Shown: positions 25,988-39,909, numbered from the whole stretch's first letter. The stretch is DNA of 61,578 nucleotides, filler included, from Choristocarpus tenellus KU-1152 (GCA_964200185.2; 9 parts of 9 records of this genome joined end to end with filler, not necessarily neighbours in it); one strand, 5' to 3'. Numbers and translations: made by a program. The notes: generated by a model not told the origin, from the letters alone.

Positions 25988-27905
25988 TTATCTGTGTTTT
26001 AGTTTTCCAGGAGCAAGTCGCTCCATAAACTGTTCTAACTTATGCTGAACACAGGAAGTACTAGGTTTTCTCCCAGGACCAGCCCCTGATTCCAACAAGC
26101 TCAGAGCTTTTCGGCTCTGGGTCATGAAAAAATCACCCACATCCTCCTCCTCAGGTGACCTTGGGCGGCACCTAATGCACTTTCTAAAGGAAGAACAAGC
26201 ATCTGCAATGTTTCCGGTCTCCAATGCTGCTAGCCCCTGGCAGTAATGATTTCGTCTTGACAATGGATCTATCTTAAGGGCCTCATCGAAGTGTGCCTTT
26301 GTGCCAGTGCAGATATGGGGGTTAGGTGGGGAAAGAGCTGGGGATGGTTGAATAGAGTGATAAGCCATGCGCTTAGAACTAAATTGTGCATTGTAAAATT
26401 AGAGTCACAAGATAACACTAGTAACTATGTACATTGAAAGGATAGGTCGGAGTGGATGAGATGGACTCCGAAATGTAATGTACCACATGGACCGGGTAAC
26501 CAGGACACACCTCCAGAGCTCTTGCAGAGTACTGTAAGGGCCCCAAGAAAGTGTTCACATAGAATACAGTAATGCTAGGCTACAGTAGTTGCTATTTGGT
26601 CCATAGTTACCTGCGCTTTGCTCAAGTTGTACACAGGCCAAGGGGCAGCCAGGTGGAATGCCCCCATGAAGATGTGGCCAACACCTCCCTGGTACTTGGG
26701 GTACTGGGTTGTAAGCGGCCCCACGTGTCGCTTAAAGGTAAGAGCGTCAGCTTGCACAGCAGCCCTTAGCACACCCTTGGCACTGGAGCAGTATGTGTTC
26801 GCCTCTGCAACAAGGAAGAAATACTGCATGACGGGGGAGGAGAGGTAGGGTTATTGATGCCATGGTATGAGGGCTGGGAAGGGTACCTGGGGGAAGATCG
26901 GAGGTATTTACGAGGAACCCAAAGGCACATAATTGCGCCATCGAGAACTTGGGTTGTTCATGTTAACAAACTGTATGGACTACCACCAAGGCGAGATCTC
27001 TGATTCTCTGCAGTTGGAAGGGGACCTGCATTCGTGAATAGGGCAACTCCTGTGGTCACACACTGCAGTAGTGACTTGTGTTCTTGGTATAGACTAGGGC
27101 ACAGGTATAAATTGTGCATTGTTATACTCGCTTGGTTCTGACGTATTTAGAGTTAGTGATTGTTGCCAAATTTGTATAATCCATTTGCCGATTCTCTGTC
27201 AAGGATATTGAAGGGGATGAGAAGGGAAGGGGGACACATCTGTGATGTGAAACGACGGCACACCTCCTTAAGCACAATAATAAGCCTATCCATAGTGACA
27301 TATGCCAAGAAGCAACGAGATTCTCCTTGAAAACCCAACGAGTAACGTTCTCTGAGAATACGTCCAAGTGACCTGCCACCAACGATATTGGCGATTCGCG
27401 CAGTAGCCTGTCACTAAAAACACATCGAACCTAGATATGTTTCCTCTCTACTTATCAGCAACCGCACCTTTGCATCATCAACAGAAGGGCATTCCAAAGC
27501 ATGCACCTCTGCCAGGCGGAGTAACCTGAGGGCCTCGGACGCGTGCCTTTTCCAGATCTTGCGGCTTGAGGGAGAGTCGCCAGTCTTAACCACCCCACTC
27601 TCAACCCGTAAGAAGTTGCCGTTGGTACTCTGCCTTATCCACTTCAGCAGCGCCTCGGCTGCCGCCAATTGAATCATTGCATCATCTGGCGATTCCTCGA
27701 GCATGAGGTTTTTCGCCTCGTATGCCAACCAAGCTCCACTCCTCCTTCTATGTTCAATATCCAAAGTTGGTAAGCGAAGACGGGACACACCAATCCAGTT
27801 GGTTGACCTCCCTAACCACCTTCTCATCTCATCTACATTGGCCAAAGCTACGACGAAGGACGAATAGAGACATACAACCCGAGTCGTACGCCGAAGACCA
27901 ACCAT
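25988..27905 (-). CDS. TPR-like alpha-helical protein, ~319 aa; exons 27905-27468, 26823-26611, 26296-25988
   Basis: Phase-0 GT-AG junctions give a continuous ORF; TPR-like AHFDEALKIDPLSRRNHYCQGLAALETGNIADACSSFRKCI; hydrophobic N-terminus. Confidence 0.7.
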
Positions 27906-29689
27906 CACTAGCAAGTTCTCTCTTCTATATGAACATGAATGATCCCATGAACACTAAACAACAGAAGGAGTCACCAAGAACTGGTACGAGGTCTTCACAC
28001 TAGATATAGAAGTAACTGGATGTCCAGACCAGGGTACAGGTCAGTCCACGTGGTGGTCCGATTTACAATATCCATAACACTTAGTCCAACCCAGGTGAAA
28101 GAACATATAGGGTACTAAGTAGAACTTCAAAGTTGCTTTGCTTGGTCCAGGTTACAATCTTCGTACCTACCTCAGGTCTGCCCATTTTAGGACATCATTT
28201 AATTAGCCCGGTTTAAATATAAACAAAACCGGAAATGGTTGGTCCACGTTCCACATGGAGTTGGGTACGTCATCTCTGAAGGGATCACAAAACCAGACGT
28301 AACACAAAAACATTCAACAGAGGAAAGTGGAGGAGTTGAAGGTTTGAGTTGAGAGAAAGATGTGCATTGGTCCGGATTTTCTCCCTTGTGACCTTGGGTC
28401 GGTCCTGTTAAATCATGCTAATACTATGTACTACTACGTAAGTATTAATTTTTAGAAGTATTTTGTATGTCATTATATGTATCAATATTAGTAGACTTAC
28501 AACAGTATTTTTCGAAATACGACCGTAGAATGTAGTAATCTACTGGTTATTACTGACTGGGTATTACTAATTGCTGGTTGGCAATGAGCAGCACCACCAG
28601 TAGTAGTATCGACTTGGCAGTGGTAGTAGTAGTAGTAGTAGGGGACAATTTATGATCAACGAAGCAACCAAACTGCAAGATCCCCAATAATACCTCTTGA
28701 AGAACTTAATGATCTTAGCTACAAAGAATCGAGATCACAATATAGGACTACTGAACTTCTCGACTAAAAAAAAAATGAAGTCTGTCAACAGAAATGTGTG
28801 TGCCAGGAAAAGATTCGCTATTGATCAGTCACGTTGATCACTGCCTGTGAAGTAACCACTTCCAGAGTGACAGTAGCGGTGTAATAGTAGTACAAAATGC
28901 AGCGACAATGACAGCACAAGTAGTGAGGTCAAGTTGAAAGCCACAAAACTACCCCCCTCGATACCCTGCCTTCAAGTACTCGCTGAGTTGATCCTCCAGC
29001 CTTTTGTCCATGCTATCCTTCACCTCTATATAACATATTGGCATAGGAGAACCTTGTTGAAGGTTATCACGTCATCGGAGATTATACATATATGTGCAAG
29101 TACCAAAAATGCAATAAATCTTATTTATGGTCCACTCCCATGTTTCTGCTTGTTGATTTTCGCCTAGTTCAGTAGAAATAATGCAACTGTCCAATACTAT
29201 TTCTCCGGGGTACTTGTCATTTTTCATTGTATCCTTGGAAGTATTGCATTATGCTAACTCACGTTGTCCAGTTCGTATATAACTATCTAAGTCAAACTCA
29301 CTAAACCTCACTACTACAGTATCTCCTAAACAGGACTAGGCCTCAGCCCAATCTGGTTATACTTTTCGATTGTCCCAGTCTGGTCCTGTTCAGGCCTTTC
29401 CCCCCCAAGGTTGGTCTATAACCGTCTCCAGTTTTATAGTCTCGGTCACACCGGTTCGGCCCCGTTAACACAAGTTTAGGCTGGGCCAGTTCGTGATCCG
29501 GTCCAGATATACTCTGTGATGGTGGTCTTGGACTGGCCCTGTTGAACCAAATTCCACCTGTATCGGTTCCCTGACCGGTCCTTTCACGCAATTCCGATCT
29601 GGTGCAATGCCCTGGACTTGGGGACTTATCTCTAAAGACTGGAAAATCTCTGTGTCCCGTAGACCAGACCTGAGTAACAGACTATAGGA

Positions 29690-30010
29690 AGTAGTGATTA
29701 CAGAATTCTTGTAGTACTACACGAGAAGATATCAAGGCCACTGTGCACAAACACAGACTCCTATGCCCAAGGTCAGTTAAATCCATGGGGAACGAGCAGC
29801 TTCCCATGGTGTTGATGTTTGGGGAGCTTAGAGATGAAAAACGGAAGCAAGGTGGACAGAAATACTGGTGGGATGTGCCTGCATATAAAAAAAATAACCT
29901 TGAGTTTGGCATCATAATTAAGGGGCCGAGTACAGGGACAACTAACCAACAGAGAGAGGTGGTATGAGTGTGTGGTTGGTGGCACAACAAGCTTCTTGGT
30001 GGGAAACTGG
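29690..30010 (+). mobile_element. RTE-like LINE 3' remnant
   Basis: IKATVHKHRLL...MGNEQLPMVLMFGELRDEKRKQGGQKYWWD...LEFGI resembles the RTE C-terminal RLPK..MFGEL..GKR..GG..K.W motif. Confidence 0.7.
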
Positions 30011-31897
30011 TATTCCTTGGAAGTTGCGATCGCTGATGCATGTCATACGAAAGCAGTAGCTAAGGCAGCCCAAGCAACCAAGACCTTCGCCACCACTGTC
30101 TACTCTGAACGGTGATTTCTCATTGTGTTTCTCCTTTTGTGTTAAATTTTCTTGCATGTCTCTTTCTTCCTCTTGTTTCCTTGGTGTGAAATATGATTGG
30201 TGATGTTTTCAACTTCAATGGACAGAATGCCACTCAAGTTTTTGTGGGTGTTAGTGCATTTCACCTGGCCTGGGTTCTCTTCAACACCCTCATAGATCAC
30301 TGGGTTCTTTCTCCCCTCTTTTTCTTCATTTTTTCATTTAGTCAACGATTTTTTTTCGACATTACTTGCTCTAGATTTCTCAACCTGTGTATAATGTGTG
30401 TTGCCTTCTGCCTTCTTACAAATTTTCGTTATTGGAAGTCTACAGTCACGGAATCTCACCCCCTCGCGTCTCCATCCACCACACGAGAGGTACATGCCCC
30501 CTCATGGAGTGCAAGGGCTAGCTTTCTATCACCTGTCATGAGAGTACAAGAGGTGGGTCAAGTGTGATGAAAAGCGTTATATTAGTATTATATCGGAATA
30601 TGTCCAAGTGCATGCTCAAGTTGTGTAATTCAGCTGGGGCCTAGAGTCTGTGCGGTGTCTGGGGTGACACAAGTAAGGTGAAATTAACCTAGCAAAGAGA
30701 AAACAACATGCCATGTGCCACTCTATCCTTAGTTCATGTAGATATAGGATCCCCAGCCGGAAGAGGTGGGGAAAACATTACCCAGGGTGCTGTGCTTGTC
30801 TAGGTCATCACCACTATTGTTTCCTGCTACCTACACCATCTACACCTGGGCACCAAAGTCATCCTCGCAAGAGCGCAGCAACACAGTGTCATGAATTGCA
30901 TCCCCAAAGAGAAGGTTGGACTTGGCGGCGACTGTGCTGCCAGAAGAGGAGAACGAGAGTTCAGATGCAGTTGAAGTGAGCTTCCACTCAACGCATAGAA
31001 ACACCTCACACGCACCCTGTAGCTGCAGGCTTATACCACCCATACAACTCTTCTTGTTACCCCTTCCACACATACTACTGGTACAGTACCATCACCAATA
31101 CCAACCAAGGCTCATACCGCCTCTCCATCCGGTCAGAAAAAGGAGCAAGAAAGAAAGAGAGGAAGAAAAAAAAGAGAGTATAACACATCCATACTATCAA
31201 GGCAAATCACAGACACCACCACCAGTGCCAAGGAAGTGTGTCCTTAACTTTCTCTGAGCGTCATGCAATTCCTTCTCCAATCCTGTTTTTCTTCAGTTTG
31301 CACTAAAATACTTGTAGTATCCGAGGAAAATTTTCTTCAGCTTCAAGTAGGTTGTGTTAAAACATGGGCTACTCATTCGTTTATTGTTGATATGATACAC
31401 AATACTACCAGCTTGTACTGACTTTTGNNNNNNNNNNTTATTTATTGCGCATTCCAACTCATCATCACATCGATGACAGTAAATAGAAGCATAGCATCAT
31501 CAGTTGATATTCAGTTGACCCACATCACACACAGGAACATCATAGCACACGTCATCTAAGTTACTTCGGAACTTACATCAAGTGCGTCCCACTGTTACCT
31601 TGTGTTCCTCTTTCTATTTTGTTGTTGTTCCCATCTCTGTTCTTTCTTTTTCTTTATGCATAAGACCCCAGATGCACAGTAATTGTTGTTTATTATTTTA
31701 TTGATTGTCATTGTCCCCTCACTGAGCACCTCTAGCTCACTCTGCAATAGTGCCCCTGACGCACACTTGGATGTATTACACCCAGAGTTAAAACCATNNN
31801 NNNNNNNNNNNNNNNNNNNNNNNNNNNNNNNNNNNNNNNNNTTAATTAATTAANNNNNNNNNNNNNNNNNNNNNNNNNNNNNNNNNNNNNNNNNNNN

Positions 31898-32307
31898 GGG
31901 GGGGGGGAAGGGAGAGATTGTGTAGGGGGGGGGGTTCTTTTCTAGGCACTTGAGATGACCTAAAAAGCAGTATAACCCTGGGTTTTGTAGTACAGTGGAA
32001 GGCGAGTTCCGTTGGGACAAAAGAAAATGATTATCAGTTGGCTCTCTTATGAATTAAAAAGACCAATCGGGATGAATGCCTTCAAGGTTATACAACCAGC
32101 CAATGAGTCACAACTATAACCACCCCACAAGGGCAGTGTCATACTCTGAAAAGAAAGAACAATATAACGAACAAAATACAAATATAAGAACAGTAACTGT
32201 AATGATAAAAATAGACAATACATAGAAAAAAAATAGTAACAATAAGAATAATTGACAGCATGTAGACAAAATAATAAACCAATAATAGAATAATTGATAT
32301 TATATGG

Positions 32308-32340
<33 letters not shown>

Positions 32341-33427
32341 ACATAATCGAGTAGGGCATCCACCATAATAATAACAATAATAATAATAATAATAACAATA
32401 ATAATAGTAATAATATTAACAATAATAATAACCAATGTAGAAGGGGGAAAAAAACAAATGACTCATGTTCTGAAAAGAGAGGGGCCGTGTCGCATGTAAG
32501 ACCAGAAGTAATATTCTCATAAATTTATTATTATTATTATTGTTACTATTGTTTTTATTAATATTATTATGTGCGTGTGTAAGTACTGTTCTGATGGACA
32601 GATTGGAAAGAAGAGACAATTTCTCTTCCACATGGGACCTTGGTTACAGTGAGTACAGGTACAGGTACAGGTACAAGTGCCTCAGTGGGTTGTTTGACTT
32701 TGACCAAATGATTGATTCCCTACAAGTTTTTTTTGGTCATTATCCCCATTTACTGCGTATTCTTTCTGTTTAATTTAATTTAATATAATATAAAAATATA
32801 ATATAATATAATTTTTCTTGACTCCGAGAGCCCTCACACCATTACATTGTGATCGTAATATTAATAATGATAGTAAATAAAAATAAAAATAATAATAATG
32901 GTCATCACACCGGAACACCGACTCGCAAGAAACATATTTATTCTTTTTTCAAATATGTATCACTATTTTTTTTTTTAAATCAGTTTAGAACATACACAGA
33001 TTTACACTTCCACTCTTGAAGTATATACATTAGCAGTACAGTAGCGTTGAACTCTTCAAGTACATCACAACTACACTGGCGGGGGGGGAGTACATGGCCC
33101 TTAGTGTGCCTACTACTACAGTCACAGACTGAAGCCATTTAAAGAGATGTATTGGGTATCGAGTGAAGTCTTCAAGAGTAAGACTCAAGAGTAAGACCCA
33201 AGAGTAAGACCCAATCATCACCACCTCGAGCATTAAGTGCGCTGATTGGCCTACGGTCTAGATCGTCATCTTTTCTTCACATTCTATGTTCTATGTATTT
33301 TAACACATGTATGTATGTATGTATGTGTGTGTGTGTGTGTGTGTGTTATACTTGTTGAGGTATTGAGAGCAGGAAGTATGTTCGTTTCACATTCTATATT
33401 CTATACATTTTAACACATGTATATATA

Positions 33428-33458
<31 letters not shown>

Positions 33459-35285
33459 GTTTCTATGAGGTAATGAAAGCAGAAAGAAACACACAGTAAG
33501 TACTATACTACTTCAAGTTTGTGCTTCAGACTGTATTACTTTTACTTTTATTATTATTATTATTATTATTATTGAAACAGAAATATGGTTACGCTTCGTA
33601 TCACTTCACTTTGGTGAAATCTTCTGCACTAAAAAAATATGTAACTGCCGGAAAGTGCAACAACTGAGGAGTAAAAAAATAAATATATATATATATATAT
33701 ATATTATAATATTTGACACAGCATCTATGCAGAGCAGAATAAAGTCAGTGCCGTCAAAACAAAACAAAAAATATAATCAAGGAAAATAAAAAATAGTAAA
33801 AAAAATGTCACCGTACAAAAACATGCACTTTAAAAATAATAAGTAGGTAGGTAGGGTTGAAAAGCACTTAAAATTTTAAAAAGTAAAAAAATGAACGAAT
33901 GAATTCATCGTTGTTCTCGAACACAAATTAATTTTCATACAAAAATAAATATGTTTTTTCGATTTTTTTTTTTTTGTGTTAAATCTCACGTACTCACTTC
34001 TAGGCAAAGAAAGCATCAAAGAGTCCAATGCTTTTTTTCATATTATAATATAATATAATATAATATAATATAATATAATATAATATAATATAATACACTA
34101 TTCATAAGTTTAAAAATCGTAATAGTTCATTTAGGAGAATTATTTATATATATATATATTGTGTTTTTACACACGCATTGATTTATATTCTTATTGGAAT
34201 GGTTTGCTGTCATTGGTGTAGGAACAAACCATATATATATATATATTGTGTCCACCAATTGTTTCTTTAATAAATATTATGAATTGCCTAATTTCTGACA
34301 AGGAACATAAAAACAAAAAAAAGTTGGACAAGACACCCCCCAAAGAAATCCTTCTCCTTCTAATTCATTTCATGGCAGGCACAATCAAAACTATTAACTA
34401 TTGACTACTAACTATTAACTACCAACTATTAACTCAAAACTATTAACCACTATTAACTACAAACCATCAACTACTAACTACTAACCACTAACAATTAACT
34501 ACAAACTACTATTAACTATACTACTAACTATTAATTACTAACTGCTAACAATTAACTATTAACTACTAACTACTATTAACGACCTACTACTAACAATTGA
34601 CTATAAACTACTGAATACATTTGGTTAAAAAAAAGACAACACTGTATGAGAAAATATAAAACATATAGACATATATATATGTGTCTATGTATATATGCAC
34701 ACACATATATATATATATATGTCTATATGTATATATGAATACATGTAGTATGTAATGTATGTGTATATATGTATGTATGAATGTATGGATTATGGCATTT
34801 ATGTACTGTATGTATATACATTCCTTTTACCAACCTACACAAACACAAACACTTGATGCCCTCCTCCCCAGGGTATGAAACACACAGCACCATCAATACA
34901 ACCCATCCCCACTTTCCTCAGGCACAGTACCTCACTCAGGCATGGCGATGCTCCTCCTCCTTCCACCCTCACAACCAATGCATCAGGCCAACTTGACACT
35001 GCTGCGTGCAGAGTTTCCACAAGACTCAACTGAGTAACCTCCTCTTCCCTAACCCTGCACCACTCCCACGCCCATTCACCCCGGGTGTCACTGTGGCGAT
35101 CGTCGATGGCCCCGTAGCCACCACCAGAGCAGCGACCTCGACAGTTACAGCACTTCCACAACCCCTGTCGAAACAAAAAAATATACAATATAAAAAATAT
35201 ATGAGTGAGGTGATGGATTGATTGATTTACACATAACAATATTCATGAAAGTATACGTACTCCAGTACTAAAATATATTTTAAAA

Positions 35286-35319
<34 letters not shown>

Positions 35320-35549
35320 GTTATTGTTGTTAAAATAGTAGTTTTGGTGGAGGCAGGAGGAGAATAGGTTGTTTCAAAGGTGTTAAAATGACCTTACTAA
35401 CTACTAACTGCAGTATGCAGAGTACCATGGATGGGGAATGGGACAAGAGGGGAGGGAGGGGGGGCGGGGTAGGGGGGGGGGGTGGGAAGATATCATTTTA
35501 CATTTTGCTCCAAACTAGGCAATGAAAAAAAAAGAACCATAAAAAATAA
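31898..35549. repeat. AT-rich, microsatellite-dense contig: (TAA)n, (TA)n, (TG)n, (TAATATAA)n at ~34043-34095, degenerate ACTATTA/ACTACTA satellite at ~34388-34612
   Basis: Directly visible simple repeats. Confidence 0.9.
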
Positions 35550-35989
35550 NNNNNNNNNNNNNNNNNNNNNNNNNNNNNNNNNNNNNNNNNNNNTTAATTA
35601 ATTAANNNNNNNNNNNNNNNNNNNNNNNNNNNNNNNNNNNNNNNNNNNNTAGGTAGAAAGTTGGAGTGAGAAACACCATCCAATGGGGGGGGGGGTTGTC
35701 CTTGTCACCAAATCATTCGTATTCTATGGATCAGTAATCACTAATGACAGATTACTATTAACAATGCGTCCTATTCCTGAAATTTTCCATATTCTAGTTC
35801 TTAAATCCAAACGCATCTACTATCCTTCAGAACAAAATTATTGTCTCGTCATCCTTTGTTTCTTCTTCAGAATCATCTTCTATACATGAATAAAAGGCAT
35901 GTTCTTGACACACTCCCCTGCTTTGAACTTCAAGTGAAAAACATCACCTCAAACATAAACATCACAACACATCATACAATACCCATAAT

Positions 35990-37111
35990 GATATCTGCAT
36001 GCGTACTGAAAATTCCATAGGTACATAACCAATCTTCGCTTTCTTTCCCTCTCTAGCTTTCGTACATGGTGGCACCTAATGTCTATGTGCTTAGTTCTAC
36101 CACCAGATATTGCCTTCCGTTAAATCTTTATTGCACCACCATTTCCTCAAACATTAATACCGAGTAATCTTTACATTGTGGTTGTATGAACATGTGTACT
36201 TGCTTGAGGGAACATCACCTCTTTTCCCAACTCACACAGTGCAACATAGTCATCCTCAGCGGTCATGGTGTACCCGTTTTCTGCTTCCTAGAACACCAGT
36301 CAACACATCCTCCCCCAAACATCACAACACCACCAGAAAGAGACAATCCACTTTCCTTGGAGTAGAAATAGTCAGCATCTGTATAGCCAAGTAACTGATT
36401 CCTTGGTCCATTCCATACAATCCTAAGTCACCAAAGTTAATTCCATGCTCTTTAGTACCTAACAGGTACCCACTCCCTTAGCATTACACCAATCAGACCA
36501 TCTTGGATTCTCCACACAAGATGCTAACTCTCCAACTGCAAATGATATATCAGGTCTGGTCATCATTGCAGCCCATTGTACACCAACAATCATATATCTG
36601 TAGTCGTCTGGAACAGGCCCCTCCTGCTCCACCCCCGTTGTCCTTTCAGTTGTCCTTGTCCCGCCTTGGACCTCTGCATTCTCCCTTTCCTGTCCATCTG
36701 CCTCAGTCAAAAACCTTGTCCCTACTTAACAGTTAAGCAAACTGGGTCTTTGACTGTCTGCTGTGTATGCCATTTTCTCATCCACAGCCCCTATTGACAT
36801 GCGGCACTCCTCCGACTCTATTTCCTCTCGCATTTTCTTGGGATCTGGTGGGAGAAGTCTATCTTTCAAACCAACAAGCAAACCTCCCAGTCTCTGCTTG
36901 CTCTGTCTCTGCACCACAATGCACGTGATTCGCCAGCTTAAGGTGGGTGGTTGTTGTTATGGTCCGCCAGTGGCAGTAACAACCTTTCATCATCATTCCA
37001 TCAGTACTTCCATCTTCAACAGTGTTCTCTATATCTATTCCACCTTCCCCACTTCTAAGTTCCCAATCCAAACCCGCATGTTCCGAATATGCTGGTTTCT
37101 GGAATCATTTC
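35990..37111 (-). mobile_element. Older Ty1/Copia RT/RNase H remnant (target of the nested element)
   Basis: DYRYMIVGVQWAAMMTRPDISFAVGELASCVENP...AKGV. Confidence 0.75.
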
Positions 37112-39209
37112 TGTGCAAAATAGGATAATGGTGAGGTATACCTTATTTTGTGTATAAAAGATGTAACTAGTGAGATAGTACATCCAGATTATGAATGGGA
37201 TTACGTATTGGTTATTATTCTGCATTCAACTACTTTGACATAACCGTTGACTTGGTAGGAAGCACAATTAATAATAAAACAAACAATGAGAAGACACCCC
37301 ACAAAGGTCACTCTTCTATTTTCAACCATATAATCACGTTCAGCAATGGGGAACCGTGTGAGGCTTCATACCTTCTTGTCTTCACTACTGATAAATAGCA
37401 TCACCTCCCAAGGTAAATTGCACAGGTTATGACATAGGTTATGAGCCTTAGTAGTATGGAGACTGACCTGAAGAAACTTGCTGTCTAGACGGGAGTCACA
37501 GGAAGGTCATTGGAGACCTGGTCGAATTGGCGAATGTCAATGATCGCCTATCCTGGTGGAAAGGATTTATACAGAGATTACGACGAGGGACTACGAGATC
37601 TCTGAAGCACCCACCACCATCTTGGGAGGGGTAGTGCGTACGGCACATGCCACACACATGAAGAATAACAAGGCGTTATGGTTCCTCCTTCTACAAATGA
37701 CAAAGGGGTCCGCATTGACAATTGTGACGAAATACGAAAATGGAGGTCAACCAGACAGAAGAGAGAGGGGCATGGTTAGAATTAGAGTCAACAAAGGATG
37801 CAGGAGGACGAGAGCTCCGTGCAGCTCAACAGAGGACGTGCAGAGGACTAGATCCCCGTGCAGCTCATCCCAAGACCCGATATAAGCTACAGGAAGCTGA
37901 AACGGGCAATAGTCTCATCATCGTCATACCAACAATGGGGGCCTGGTCGGGTATGGAGACTCAGACTGGGGCAATGACACTATTTATCAAGGCAAAGCGT
38001 GACGGGTTACCTAATCCTATTGAATGAGGCACCAATTGCATGGAAATCCAAGATGCAAGGAGCTGTAACCACATCTTCATCAGAAGCGAAATGGACAGCC
38101 ATGGTACATGGAATGAGGCATGCAATATATGAGCCAAAGTATCTTAAAGGGTACCCTCTAAGATTCTTTCACTTTATCAGAGGCACCCTGGCGAGGAAGG
38201 TTGTCAGCAAATGGCTGCCTGCACAAGACTTGTAAGTCTGGGGAGTAAGTAATATCTACTCCAGACCATCAAGAACCATCTTCTATATCAGAGGCACTCA
38301 CGGGGCCTGACACGTGAGAATTGCAAGTGGCAATGGAGGAGATGGGGAAACAATGGATGAAAGGAACATTCATAGACGGAGAGGTTTTGACATGGGGAAG
38401 AAATCCTGTCAAGACTAAGTCTGAATTTAAGACAAAGCCAATAGCTGAGGGGACCATTGGACAAGACCAGGTTGGTGGCACAGGACTTCACTCAACGAGA
38501 GGATGTACAAAACATTCAATTATGATAGGCTTCAAGCCTGGGTGAGTGAGTGCTACGTCTAACAAGAGAAACAGCAAAAGGGGGCTGGTTCAAAATTTAC
38601 CCATACACTAAGCGAGGGATCATCATGGGACACCATTGTACATCACTGTGTTGGCGCATCTAAAGAAGCAGGTACAAGACTTCGTAGACACTGTGTTGAC
38701 TAGATGAATGACGTATGTTCGAGTTCAAGCAATCAGTGTTCTTTTACTGCATTGACAAGATAAATGTGATGTGTGTGAGAGTTGAACCAATTTTTTTTCT
38801 TACTTCCACTCCCATAGGGGAGTGTGCAGAATAAGATGTTTTAGATTTGAGAGTTCCAGCAACCCTTCATTGCCTGCACTCTCATGGGAGAGTGAGCAAA
38901 ATAGGACAATAGTGAGGTTTACCTTATTTTGTATATAAGGTGCAACTAATGAGATAAAACATCCAGATTATGAATGGGATTACGTATTGGTTATTATTCT
39001 GCTTTCAACTACTACTACTTCGACATAACCGTTGACTTGGTAGGAAGCACAAATAATAATAAAATATGCAATGAGAAGACACCCCACAAAGGTCACTCTT
39101 CTATTTTCAACCATGTAATCACGTTCAGCAATGGGGAACCGTGTGAGGCTTCACACCTTCTTGTCTTCACTACTGATAAATAGCATTAACTCCCAAGGTA
39201 AATCGCACA
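37112..39209 (+). mobile_element. Complete but internally deleted Copia LTR retrotransposon; LTRs 37112-37424 and 38893-39209; TSD ATTTC
   Basis: LTRs TG...CA; ATTTC at 37107-37111 and 39210-39214; PBS GGTTATGAGCC after the 5' LTR; GGGAGAG PPT; gag-like ALWFLLLQMTKGSALTIV; RNase H PIAWKSKMQGAVTTSSSEA. Confidence 0.92.
38131..38174 (-). mobile_element. 44-bp TIR-only derivative of MITE family B, TSD TAT
   Basis: GAGCCAAAGTATCTTAAAGGGTACCCTCTAAGATTCTTTCACTT flanked by TAT. Confidence 0.85.
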
Positions 39210-39431
39210 ATTTCCTCTGCAACCTCTTCTTCTCATCCAAAAGAAATTTCCTCCAATACCAAATCCCCAATCTTCGGCCTAAAGTCTTCTTCCCTCTCTA
39301 AGATTTTATCCCCACTCTTGCTAATCTTAGCAACAGAATAAGGTTCCCGAACATAGTCACCCCTGCTGGCTATTTGTCTTGCATTTGTATGAACTGAAAA
39401 AGAATCAGAAGGGTGGCTTGAAGGACATCCT

Positions 39432-39672
39432 TGTGCAAAATAGAACAATAGTGAAGTGTATCTTATTTTGTGTATATGAGATTATTGTGTTGAATTGAAT
39501 CCATGTGATGTAACTAAAGAGATAGTACATCCGGATTACATATGGAATTTGATTATTATTCATTCCCTTTCGCTAATTTGAAAGAGATAGCGAAAACCCA
39601 ACAATAATAATAAACAAACAATGAGAAGACAGCCCACAAAGCTCACTCTTCTAATTTCAACCATCCATTCTT
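39432..39672 (+). mobile_element. Further LTR of the same Copia family, truncated by contig end
   Basis: TGTGCAAAATAGAACAATAGTGAAGTG... homologous to the 22636 and 37112 LTRs. Confidence 0.85.
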
Positions 39673-39909
39673 NNNNNNNNNNNNNNNNNNNNNNNNNNNN
39701 NNNNNNNNNNNNNNNNTTAATTAATTAANNNNNNNNNNNNNNNNNNNNNNNNNNNNNNNNNNNNNNNNNNNNCCTGTAACATGGAGGTCCTACCGCCTCT
39801 CTTCAAACTGGAGAGATTACTCCTTGTTCACCCTAACATATAGCGTCGTTTGAGGTCGTTGGATTTGAGTTGTACATCCTGGAAGGTGAGCATTGAGGGG
39901 CGCCTGTAA

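Noticed and set aside
28020-29670. GGTCC/GGACC-rich patches as transposon subterminal repeats
   Set aside because: Could not define TIR boundaries or a TSD
32139-32435. Hydrophobic Ile/Tyr-rich membrane ORF
   Set aside because: Translation artefact of (TAA)n microsatellites
37195-39183. Duplicated small ORF MGLRIGYYSAFNY...
   Set aside because: Lies inside the two LTRs; the duplication is explained by LTR identity
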